In this document: positions 14,913 through 25,333 of the stretch, piece by piece
Layout of the letters: every line of letters begins with the position of its first letter
How positions within the stretch are numbered: the stretch's first letter is position 1
Origin: Azolla caroliniana
Lineage: Eukaryota > Plantae > Polypodiophyta
Reading direction: 5' to 3'
NCBI GenBank assembly: GCA_043228905.1
Contig: JBHGNT010000013.1
Coordinates: forward strand, 15,066,001 to 15,130,000
Length of the DNA stretch: 64,000 bases
The notes under the pieces: model-generated
What the model saw: only the letters and a program-made list of their open reading frames with translations
Databases searched by the model: none
What the model was told of the DNA's origin: nothing
Translations under genes and position numbers: made by a program

Positions 14913-15336
14913 TGTCAGGAATAGTACTAAAACAGAGATGGAATTAGTACTAAGAAGAGTAGTACTATTAGTACTAAGAGGACGAGACTGCGTAAGATTC
15001 CTGAGAGAGAGGAAGTGAGAAGAGGAGAGAGAGAGAAATAGGATGATGACAACAGCCCTTATATTATATGAAAGATAAGTACAATCGACTAAGAGGCTTA
15101 AGATTGGTGTTGAACCAATTTGGTTCAAAACAATGCCTTGTGCCTCCTTTTATAGTGTTTTTAGGAATAATCCTGAAACTTCTAGAATGTTCCAGAGAGA
15201 TCTGGAATATACATCAATTTTCTATGATAAAGCATAAATGAAAATAATATCCTACAAAATACAATTCATAGTCATGATGGTAAGAGCTCGACCCATGTAG
15301 CATAAGGTCATGGGTTCGAGTCTTGCCATCATGACA
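14913..15336 (-). repeat. 3' LTR of chromovirus
   Basis: Direct repeat of 20144-20567, adjacent to the PPT. Confidence 0.95.
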
Positions 15337-15347
15337 CCATCTCCCCC

Positions 15348-18300
15348 TTAAAGACGACGAGTGGAACAAGTCGGCGCTAATTGCGGACCGGGTTTGTCCG
15401 GATACTTTCGGTGGAAATCAGCAAGAAGATCTTGTGCATTGGCAACATGCTCGACGGGTTCCCAAGTACGTTCGCTCGGACTATAACCGAGCCAATCGAC
15501 CAAGTAATAAAGTTTGTTGCGAACAAGTTTGGAATCGAGGATGGCAGCAACTTCATACTCCGGGCCGACGTCCAACTCCAGCGGCGGCGGCGGCGGTGTC
15601 ACACGATCGGGAATGGTGTTTGCTTTATAAGGCTCAAGAAGAGAGCAATGGAAAACCGGATGTATTTGAAGCTGCGGAGGGAGATCAAGGCGGAAGGTGA
15701 CATCATTAATCTTCCCCGTAATACGGAAAGGACCGAGTCGTCGATAATCCAACTTGTCGCACGGTTGAGTAGTCTTGATGTTACGACGTAAGAGCCATAC
15801 TCGATCTCCGATGGCAAAAGAGGAGGGAATCCGATGACGATCCGCATAAGTCTTCTGTGTGTGTTGAGCATGACGAAGGTGAGTAGAGAGATCCATCTGG
15901 ATCTTGCGTAGCCTCTCCAAATGATCCTCGGCACGAGGGTTGGTAGGTAGCTCTGGAGTGTCGATCACCGACCAGCGAGGATGAAAACCGGTATAAGCGA
16001 AAAATGGGGAGACCTGAGTCGAGGAGTGAATAGCATTATTATACGCAAACTCCGCAAAGTGGAGAATCTCGGCCCAATCGTCCTGTTGATAACTCAGGAA
16101 ACACCGGAGATATTGCTCCAACGTTTGGTTTGTTCGTTCCGCCTGTCCGTCAGTCTGAGGATGGTAGCCGGAGGAGAGGTTGCAGGAGACCTTGAGCATC
16201 TTGAAGAGATGCTGCCAAAATTTGGAGACAAATTGCGGGCCTCGGTCACTGATAATACTGTCTGGGAGGCCATGATGCCGAAATACCTCACGCATAACAA
16301 GAGCAGTGGTTTCCTCGCTAGTGATGGCTTTAGTACATGGCACAAAATGTGCCATCTTCGTATATCGATCGATGACGGTTAGGATAGCATCAAACCCCTT
16401 CGAGACCGGCAGATCTGTGATAAAATCAAGACAAATAGACTGCCATGGCTTACTTGGAATTGGTAAAGGTTCCAACAAGCCATATGGATGGTGTCGTGGC
16501 ATCTTTGCTTGGCAGCAAGCATCATAGGTCTGAACGTAGTCGTCGACAAAACGGCGCATGTGGGGCCACCAAAAAGATCGTTGCACTAGTTCCAACGTCT
16601 TAGTACTACCGAAATGTCCCGCCGTATGGGTGTCGTGACAATGTTGGACGATTTGAAGGCGACAGGAGCAATCGGGGACATATACACGCTTCTTAAAGAA
16701 TAACAAACCATCATGATATTCGAATTGTCGGTAGTCAATACCTGGTTGTTGAGACTGAGAACAGGATGCCCGAGAAGTATCAATGTGCGCCAGGATGTCT
16801 TGAGCAAAACTATCCGTCTTCAAGGTTGCACGTATGTCATCGGTAATCCGTGAATCCATCGGAGTGTGAAAAATCCGCGTCGTGTGCAATCGTGTTGGTC
16901 CCAAGATTACTTGCTTTTGATTATCAAATGTTGCGTCACCAGGACGAGGTGCAAGATATGAACGCCGTGATAGTGCATCTGCTTTTCCTTGCTGCTTCCC
17001 CGGTCGATATGTGATTTTGAAGTCGAAACGCATGAGGAATTGCGCCCACCGAGCTTGCCGTCGATTTAGTACGCGAGCGTTCTGAAAATAAGCAAGATTT
17101 TTATGATCGCTAAAGACAATGACCTGATGTGGAGAGCCCTCTAAGAAATGCCGCCATTGTACAAATGAATCCACGATGGCTAATAACTCCTTGTCATGTA
17201 TTTCATAGTTGATTTCTGCGACATCGAATTTGCGCGAATGGAAAGCCACCGGATGCAACTCTTCTTTATCGCCTTGTTGAGAAAGGATGCTACCGAGGGC
17301 GAAATCTGATGCGTCGGCCTCCATGATGAATGGTTTGCTTGTATCCACATGAGCTAGAATCGGTGCTGATGTAAAGGCTTTCTTAAGATGCCGAAAAGCC
17401 ATATCTGCTTCGATGGACCAAAGAAATGCTTGGCCCTTCTTCGTAAGTTGTGTGAGAGGTAAAATAATCTTCGAGCAATCCTGTATAAACTTACGGTAGA
17501 AGTTAGCAAAACCTAGAAAACATTGTACATCTCGTACCGACCGTGGAATTTGCCACTCTAGTACAGTTTGGATTTTAGCTGGATCCATGGCGATGCCCTT
17601 TGAGGAGATGACGTAGCCTAGAAATTCCACTTGCTTGCAGTCAAAGCTACATTTTTCTAGCTTGGCATAAAGACCATTCTCGCGGAGTCGCTTTAGTACT
17701 AATAGTACATGAGAATCGTGCTCTTCTTGGGTCTTCGAATAAATCAACAAATCATCCAGATAAATGATCAAACAGATATCCAAGAGGTCTCTGAATATAT
17801 CATTTGCCATGTGTTGGAAGACTGCGGGTGCATTGGTTAGGCCAAATGGCATAACAGTATACTCAAAATGCCCATACCGCGTGCGAAAAGCGGTCTTCCA
17901 CTCATCTCCCGGTCGGATCCGCACGAGATTATACGCTCCTCGTAGGTCGATTTTAGTAAAAAACTTGGCACCATTAACTCGCTCTAAAAGACTTGATATA
18001 AGAGGAAGTGCATACCTATTCCGGATGGTGACTTTATTCAATCCGCGGTAATCAACGACAAGACGAAGTGAGCCATCTTTCTTCTTGACAAAGAAGATGG
18101 GTGCACCGGCCGGAGATTTCGAATGACGGATGAACCCGCTTGCCAAGTTCTCCTCTATGTAGGCTCGAAGGACTTCTAACTTGGTGGGTGACAAGTTGTA
18201 AATTGGTCCCCATGGTGGCTCGGTTCCTGGTTGTAAATCGATGGGACAGTCATAGGGACGGTGATGAGGAAGGGTACCGGCTTTTACCTTGTCAAATACA

Positions 18301-18920
18301 TCGGCATAAGGATGATATTTTGCCGGAAGTTGTACTGAGGAGTCCTTCTTAATAGTGCTGGAAGGATGTACTGATATGGCAAATAGGAACATTGCCTCCT
18401 TGGGTCCTTCTTCGCGTAGTTGATGGAGTGAAATGGTCGAAACTCGGTGAGTTGATTCTTGGGGTGGTCGATATCAGACTTCTCTTGTTCTCCAATCTAT
18501 GGCTGGATTATGTAATTCAAGCCAAGGTAATCCTAGGACAATGGGATGCTCTGGACTACTAATTATATTAAATGATATTATACACACAAAACTACCTAGG
18601 ACAACTTGAATGGGTTCTGATTCTTCTACAATATTCCCGGAAGCAATGGGACGACCATCAATGACCACTACAGATGCGGGACAAGGAAGTTTTCTTAAGG
18701 ATATCTGAGAAGCTTGGGCAAAATTTCGATCCATGAAACAGGAATTAGCTCTGGAATCTAAAAGTGCTAGGACGGGTACTGGGGGAGTACTTTTAGTACT
18801 AACAATGACTTGGGCTAGGAACACCTTGCTAACTTGCTTGGAAGGAATGGAACCACTAATGGGCTGTACAGATCTAGGGCTGCTGTCCAACCAAATGGCT
18901 CCTATTTTGGCTGGACTCAA
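15348..18920 (-). CDS. pol: Gypsy pol: aspartic protease, RT, RNase H, integrase and chromodomain; one stop at 18474 between PR and RT
   Basis: LLDSRANSCF (DSG-like), YLDD, EADASDFALG, HDTHTAGHFG, DFITDLP, SDRGPQF, GQAERTNQ, GPF/GPY module and chromodomain EYEVAAILDSK...YLVDWLGY...TWEP. Confidence 0.93.
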
Positions 18921-18923
18921 TCG

Positions 18924-20075
18924 TTTAACTCTTCATCTAATTGACTAAGGATTTCAAATTTATTTGAGATACTTGGGCTATTAGTACTATGAATACTATC
19001 TGACACTCTATTAGTACTATTAATACTATCAGACACTCCGAAGGGAAGAATTGACTCGGGTTTAGTACAGGCGACGATTTGATTTACCTGTCTTCTTGGC
19101 CTATGGGGACAATTGATGGCGATATGTCCTGGTCCACCGCAATAAAGACATAATCGATTGGCACGTCGTCATTGCTTTTCTTCTTCCGATAACGGGCCGC
19201 GTCGACGCATGGTATCGATCTCCATTGGTGTCGAAGTATTTGCTTGAGGTATGTCTCGTGCAAACGGTTTAGTCGCGACTGCGGCGTAAGTGGGCTCTGG
19301 CCTAGAGCGTGGTATCTGTAATTGATGTTCTGAACGTCGTTCGAAAAGGCGGTTGTCACATCGAACTGCTCGACTGATTGCCTCCGTAAGAGACTTGGGT
19401 TCTTCGGGGAAAGTTAGAAGTAGATCTTTGACATCGTTTCGCAAGCCATAGCGAAACTGCTCCATTAGTGCTTGATCATCCCAGGGTATATCTGAAGCAA
19501 GTAGGCGGAAATCCGCCGCGTAGGCAGAGGCTGGACGATCGCCTTGACGCAATCGTCGGATCTTGTTGATCGTCGTCGTGATGCTGTCGGTGTCTCCAAA
19601 GCAGGCTTTAAACTCACCAATAAAATCTTCAAAGTTATTAAGCAAGGGCGATTGTTTTTCTAGAAGCGGAGCGAACCATGCCAAGGCCGAGCCGCTAAGT
19701 AGCGTGCCTATTAGGCCGACTCGAGATGCATCAGTGGGATATCGGGAAGGATGCATCTGGATGACTAAGCGTACCTGATTAAGGAATCCCCGGAATTGCG
19801 AACGCGTTCCATCAAATTTCACAGGAAGTCCAATCTTGGGCTCTTTATGAAATCCTTGGGGACTGGATCCTTGTTGTTGCAACGCTGCTTCGAGTTGTTG
19901 TACCCGTAACGCTAACTCCCCATGTTGTTGTTGCGTTTGTTGTTTTTCTAGAGCGATTTGTTGCAGATCCCCTATCAGCCGTTGGTTTTCTTGTTCCAGG
20001 GCAACAAAACTTTTCTTTTAGGCACTGTAGCTCGGAGAAAACGGATTGGTATTCTTGGGCGCTAACAGTAGCCAT
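18924..20075 (-). pseudogene. gag: Gypsy gag (PEG10/retrotransposon gag-like) with CCHC knuckle; frameshift near the 5' end and stop at 19169
   Basis: ORFs 19845-20075 and 19169-19882 (PVKFDG, LRQG, FRYGL, PMEID). Reading through the TGA gives RANRLCLYCGGPGHIAINCP. Confidence 0.85.
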
Positions 20076-20143
20076 AGTATAGGGAAAAGGGTAGGAGGAT
20101 GAGGGAGAGTGACAAGTAGGCTAGAGAAAAAATTGGTTCAAAC

Positions 20144-20567
20144 TGTCAGGAATAGTACTAAAACAGAGATGGAATTAGTACTAAGAAGAGTAGTACTATT
20201 AGTACTAAGAGGATGGGACTGCGTAAGATTCCCGAGAGAGAGGAAGTGAGAAGAGGAGAGAGAGAGAAATAGGATGATGACAACAGCCCTTATATTATAT
20301 GAAAGATAAGTACAATCGACTAAGAGGCTTAAGACTGGTGTTGAACCAATTTGGTTCAAAACAATGCCTTGTGCCTCCTTTTATAGTGTTTTTAGGAATA
20401 ATCCTGAAACTTCTAGAATGTTCCAAAGAGATCTGGAATATACATCAATTTTCTATGATAAAGCATAAATGAAAATAATATCCTACAAAAAACAATTCAT
20501 AGTCATGATGGTAAGAGCTCGACCCATGTAGCATAAGGTCATTGGTTCGAGTCTTGCCATCATGACA
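20144..20567 (-). repeat. 5' LTR of chromovirus with TATA box (TATAAAAGG, 20385-20377 minus)
   Basis: Direct repeat of 14913-15336, followed on the minus strand by PBS-position sequence and the gag ATG at 20075. Confidence 0.95.
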
Positions 20568-21009
20568 CTGAGTGCAAAAAATATACTAATTCCTTGCCAA
20601 CAGAACAGAGGTGTTGGCATCTTCAAGGATAATACATTGGGATGGAAAAGAATGCCTAAATGCATACTTTAATCAAATGGTAAGGTTGGGCTTGGTAACA
20701 GTGGAAGATGGTATATAATTAGAGTTGTGTAGGAAAATGATGGCCTTTCTAACAATTAGAAATAAGTTTCATATACCATGTGGATGTGGGTATATTTGGG
20801 AATCAATATTGGCATTGCCTAGATTAGTTTTCCCACTTCTAGAGTTGGCGGCTGAGGACCCATGGAAAGATTGGTCGTTTGGTATTGGACAATCAATTTT
20901 TGTGGTGCACACTAATGATGTATACGATGAGTTGGTTGAAGATAGAGCTTGGTTAGCAACTAAGGTTTTGGACACATGGTACATTGCTCGACATGTAAAG
21001 TGGTGGCGT

Positions 21010-22056
21010 TGTCGTGAAGATCCGTCACTAGGCGCGGATCGCGAGGCGGAACCGTCGGGGTTCTGGACCGGAAGGATCAAAGTTCGCACCAAGCTTAGCG
21101 AGAAAGTATTTAGGATAGATTAAGAGAGAGAAAGAGATTAAGATTAAATGCTTGACTTAGATTGAGAAAGATTGATATGGCTAAGAGAGAGATATTGAGT
21201 CTTGTTTTTAGATTTTAAGAAACAAGTTACACGATCAATTCGATAACGAATTCTCTTCTTCTTAATTTCATAACAAAAAAAAACCTAACCCTTCTTCTTT
21301 TTCATCCCTTCTTTTATAGATGCTCTCATGCATATGATGCATGTGAGGGTACAAGACATGCATAAAATGCATGTTTGCCATTTGACGCTCATGTATTACA
21401 TGTGGTGCATGATAACCATGTCACTCATTTTAGCTCTCATGTATAAGAATTTACATGTAAAAGTACAATGATAAAAATATAAATTTAACTAAATGTCATG
21501 GCTTAGTGGTAAGCCAATTGACTCCTAACTTGGAGGTGCAAGGTTTGAATCCTTACTTGCCCTCCTTGTATATGTATATATATATTTATATATTTATTTA
21601 TCTAGTCGCCGGATGTCAGTTTCCGGTGGCTGCCGTCGGATCACCGATCGCCGGTTACCTTCCACTTCCGTTTTGGATGGCCAAAACCTTTACGAGTGGC
21701 TAGGCCACCTCCACTCTTAGTTCAAGTACCTTGAACTCTTTATGCTCCACACATAGACACAAAGATAATAACTTTTGTTCTACGTTATATATGGTAAGAG
21801 GCTTATTCGTCCTATCTATGTGGGATATCTCACAATTTTCTCTTTTTCTTTTGCAACTTCTTACCCACATAAGTTGACACTTAGATGTCCGTTTCTTATG
21901 TAGTAAAGTGCATCTCTTCAAGATCTTCGTCTTCCGTACTAAGATATTTAAACTTACTTAGAATTAGTATATTCACTATTATTGTTTTATATGATTGACA
22001 CTTGATTTCGTACGTCTTATGTGATTTTCACACCATTGTCGAAAATCTTCACAACA
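21010..22056. mobile_element. Solo-LTR-like insert 1 (1047 bp) with tRNA-like A/B boxes
   Basis: Ends are TGTCGTGAAGAT / ATCTTCACAACA with a 4-bp TSD GCGT (21006-21009 and 22057-22060). Removal restores the L1 frame KWWRRVL. The core is homologous to 27372-28245. Confidence 0.85.
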
Positions 22057-22262
22057 GCGTAGAGTTTTAGATGTAGGATGACAATCTCATCTTCCGTTCC
22101 ATGCTAACGTGTTTCTTTGGTGTGTGATTGTTGGTGGGTTGCCTTTGGCAATGGCTTTAAAATGTAGACATATTTTAAATGGGACATGTTTTTTTTGCAT
22201 GGTAGTTGAGGAAGATGCCAAACATAGGTTCATTACATGTCCAGTTGTTAAAACCATTTGGC

Positions 22263-23552
22263 CCAAATGAAGGCACCTCGTTCAAAGAAGAATAGTGACA
22301 ACAATGAAGGCATACCTAGCGCCTTCATCACCCATTTGGAACGAGCTAAATACGAGAAACGGATGACAAAAGGAAAGGAGCTCGAGGTGCTTGAGGACTC
22401 AGATAATGTAAAAAGCTTTTTGCACAAGAGGGATCATTTTCGACAATTGTATTATAGTGTATATAATGGTGATGTGGGTAATATGCTTGACATATTACCC
22501 AAGAGACATTATGCATTGCTCGTGGCGGATATACCGTATGGCTTCAAAACATCAAGCTCGACATATGACGATGTGCCATACAAATATCCACAAATAGAGA
22601 AGATGGTTAAGGACTTTGCAGAACTAACCCTGGCACCATTATGGCATATTGTTATATTTCACAGTATGGGTCAAGCGTTATCGGTCACGACTGCATTCAA
22701 GTCGAGATGCCATGCTATTAAACATATGCATTGGTAAGCATTATGTTAAGTTATATATTTAATGTATGGATTATATGTTGCTTACTACATATTTATTAAC
22801 TTGTTTTGATTCAATTATACAATAGGGTTACAATGAACATAACTCGTACCCCGGGTGATCGAATGGTGAGCGTTGTGGAGCACATGTGCATGGGCTACTA
22901 CAACGCAATTTCTAAGAAGAAGGCTCGGGCACATGTTAATGAGTAGAACGTTGTCAACTATATCATGTGCCTAGTTGTAACGAAGAAATTGTGCCACATG
23001 TCTAGCGCTAAGAGTTTTGTAAACCCTTATCAAAAGCCATAGCGATTGATTAATTGATTGGTCGAGTTGTTCTCGAACCCTGATGATTGGGTTCTCGACT
23101 TATTTTCTGGAACAGGTAATCTCATAAGTTTCATCAATTTTTTTAAAAATGAAATATTATTTCTTGTCCTGTTTTCTTACTTTTGTATGTGTGATTGTTT
23201 ATTTAGGAACGACGACTGCATGCGCTCTTAAATTGTTTAGGAATTGCGTCGCATTAGAAAATGAGCCCAACCAAGTCAATTTTATTAAGAGAGGATCCAA
23301 GGCATCTAGGATTGTCCTGACCAGGACCAAGAGGTTGGGGCAAAGCATATCAACGAAACAAAGACGTTTCAGATGGCCTCCAGAGAGCCGATGGAACCTA
23401 TAGACGAGGAAGGAGGTGACCTTGTCAACCTTGAAGATGCATCGGGTTCTGATCAAATACAAGATTCACCTGAGGAGACAGAACATGTTGATGTAGCACT
23501 ATTGTCAGCTGATCTTGGAGAGCAACCTGTTCCAGACCTCCTAATGGAGTGA
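22263..23552 (+). pseudogene. Intron-containing beta-class N6-adenine/N4-cytosine DNA methyltransferase (N6_N4_Mtase-like), 5'-truncated and decayed
   Basis: Exon ending 22733 reads YNGDVGNMLDILPKRHYALLVADIPYG (motif IV DIPY at 22528-22539). Intron 22734-22825. Exon 22826-23115 reads WVTMN...GDRMVSVVEH...VNPYQKP*RLIN*LVELFSNPDDWVLDLFSGT. Intron 23116-23206. The exon from 23207 reads GTTTACALKLFRNCVALE and then an acidic tail after a frameshift. Confidence 0.85.
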
Positions 23553-23794
23553 TTGTATATTAGTTTGTATTTGTAACTATAAATTTGTAACACTAAACTT
23601 GTTTTGGAATATAAGATTATTTTGTTTGAGTACCATTTCTTTACACTATCTGATTGGTTTGCAAACTTTAATTGTCTATCATATATTTGCATTGGTTGAC
23701 TCGCAAAGTATGTGGTTGTTAAGTATAATTTTTATTGAATAGATGATGATGAACTTATTGATTGTATGACAAATGTTGGTTATAATTGTTTCTT

Positions 23795-24250
23795 TATTAA
23801 TATAATTGAATTTTGCTTTATTCTAGGATTTCTGAGCTCTTTAATCTTGGTTATTTAGTTTCGAGTGTACAGAATAATATTAAGTCAATGTTGTTGCTCA
23901 CTTGATCTTACATTTTGGTTGTTCTAATATAATTGAATTTAGCTTTATTCTAGGATTTTTGAGCTCTTTAATCTTGGTTATTTAGTTTCGAGTGTACAAA
24001 ATAATATTAAGTCAACGTTGTTGCTCACTTGATCTTACATTTAGGTTGTTCATATATGATTGGGATATAATGTTCATAGAAGTTTTTGGGCATGTGAGGT
24101 ATATAATGTGATATTCACTTGTGAATATGTGTCTAATTATACCCAAAAATGCAATTTGCTCATTTAATATAACAAGCTTTATAGGAGTTAGAGAGAAAAA
24201 ATGCAATTTGCTCATTTAATATAACAAGCTTTATAGGAGTTAGAGAGAAA
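23795..24250. repeat. Two short tandem duplications (~130 bp and ~52 bp units)
   Basis: taatataattgaatt...cacttgatcttacattt occurs twice (about 23798-24050). aaaatgcaatttgctc...agagagaaa occurs twice (24145-24250). Confidence 0.85.
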
Positions 24251-24893
24251 TATAGCATTAAAATTGTGTTTCTAAAATTGTTCAATTGGATTCAAATTCA
24301 ACATTATGTAAAATGAAGCATATTGTAACAATGATAGTTGAAAGCATTCTCGTAATTGAAGCGAATGTCTGGCTAAGTATGTGTATGAATTGAGAAAATA
24401 TAGGTTAAATTTGAAATCTTGATAATATTAATTGTGTTTTTTATTTATGTTTTTAAAAGTCATGTGCGCATGCGTGATACATTCTTGAAAGTTTGTTAAA
24501 AAATTGTAATTCTTGACATCTCATGTATTTATCGATAAAGGAATGCGACATATTACCTGTTCAAAATGACTCGGTGTTTTGGGTTGTTATATCACAAATT
24601 TGGGGATCGATAACAAGCAATATTCTGTCACCTTTTAACTTGGTTTTTATTAATGACGATAAAGGCATGCCCGCACCATCATATAAGGTCGTGTTTGACT
24701 ACCTTGGGTATTGGGGGATGTGGTTTAATTGGACAATGAGAAATGGTTTCTTGTTAAATTGATGGACTTCGTGGGGTAACACAACAACTCCGTAGGATGA
24801 AAGGGAAGTTGATTTGGCAATTTTCACAACTATGTTGTTTGGGGACGTTGTCTTGAGAGGAGATAGATGTATGTCATCCACAACCAGCCAAGC

Positions 24894-25333
24894 TTTCGCT
24901 CCCTAGCAGAAGGGGAGGCAGTGGAATAAGGAGTTCATGATCACGGAGAGGACATAAGATCCAAGGCCATCGAGGTGAGTGGGCCGAATGGAGAGAAGAG
25001 CCTACACAAGGTGATGGAGGTGGACGTAGTTCGGGTGGGTTCAGAGGAGGTGGAGGCCATTGTGGGGACCGTGATAAGGGCAGAGGCTATAGTGGTGATG
25101 ATGGTGGATATGGTGGTGACGCTGGTGGAAGCTATGGTGGAGAGGGTTATGGAGGAGGCTATGGCGGGGGAGGAGGGGGATATAGAAGCAAGCAAGCGCA
25201 AGAGTAGGAGGAGGTAGCTAGCTATGGAGAACCTTGTGGTGGACATGGTGGAGCTCGTAGAGGCGGTGGCAACGAGTGCTTCAAGTACGACGAAAACAAT
25301 CATTTCGCTCATGACTGCAACATCCAAGCCTGA
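24894..25333 (+). pseudogene. Fragment of a plant cold-shock-domain / glycine-rich / CCHC protein gene (CSP/GRP2-like)
   Basis: FRSLAEGEAVE*GVHDHGEDIRSKAIEVSGPNG matches the C-terminal half of the plant CSD. A GGYGG-rich tract and a degenerate knuckle ECFKYDENNHFAHDC follow. The N-terminal half of the CSD is missing. Confidence 0.8.

Larger units (their letters stand above)
14913..20567 (-). mobile_element. Full-length Ty3/Gypsy chromovirus (Tcn1-like) LTR retrotransposon
   Basis: Two 424-bp TG...CA LTRs (14913-15336 and 20144-20567) with about 7 mismatches counted by eye. 5-bp TSD CTGAG (14908-14912 and 20568-20572). PPT AGGGGGAGATGG at 15337-15348 on the minus strand. Domain order gag-PR-RT-RH-IN-chromo. 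Confidence 0.97.
12603..22262 (+). mobile_element. L1/Tx1-type LINE copy 2, degenerate: APE endonuclease present, RT core deleted near 14245, interrupted by the chromovirus and a solo-LTR-like insert
   Basis: APE motifs MKIVTWNVRG, VGIYAPN, LGDFN and SRLDRIY. The sequence jumps from pre-RT to post-RT text (CSESDL..LGW..HLGYPIG) that parallels copy 1. It resumes after 20572 and 22060 and ends with zf-RVT GTCFFC..EED.KHRFITCP at about 22180-22262. Confidence 0.82.

Noticed and set aside
15381-19778. Plus-strand ORFs within the chromovirus
   Set aside because: Antisense shadows of gag-pol with no independent motifs.
21492-21565. Functional tRNA-Arg gene (also 28000-28070)
   Set aside because: Acceptor and anticodon stems do not pair. 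Treated as tRNA-derived sequence inside a repeat.
22263-23552. Bacterial contamination as source of the methyltransferase
   Set aside because: It has two spliceosomal introns and is contiguous with plant transposon sequence.
24721-24750. WFNWTMRNGF as the missing N-terminal half of the cold-shock domain
   Set aside because: The spacing to FRSL is too long and the intervening LFVHQ motif is absent, so the match is probably chance.
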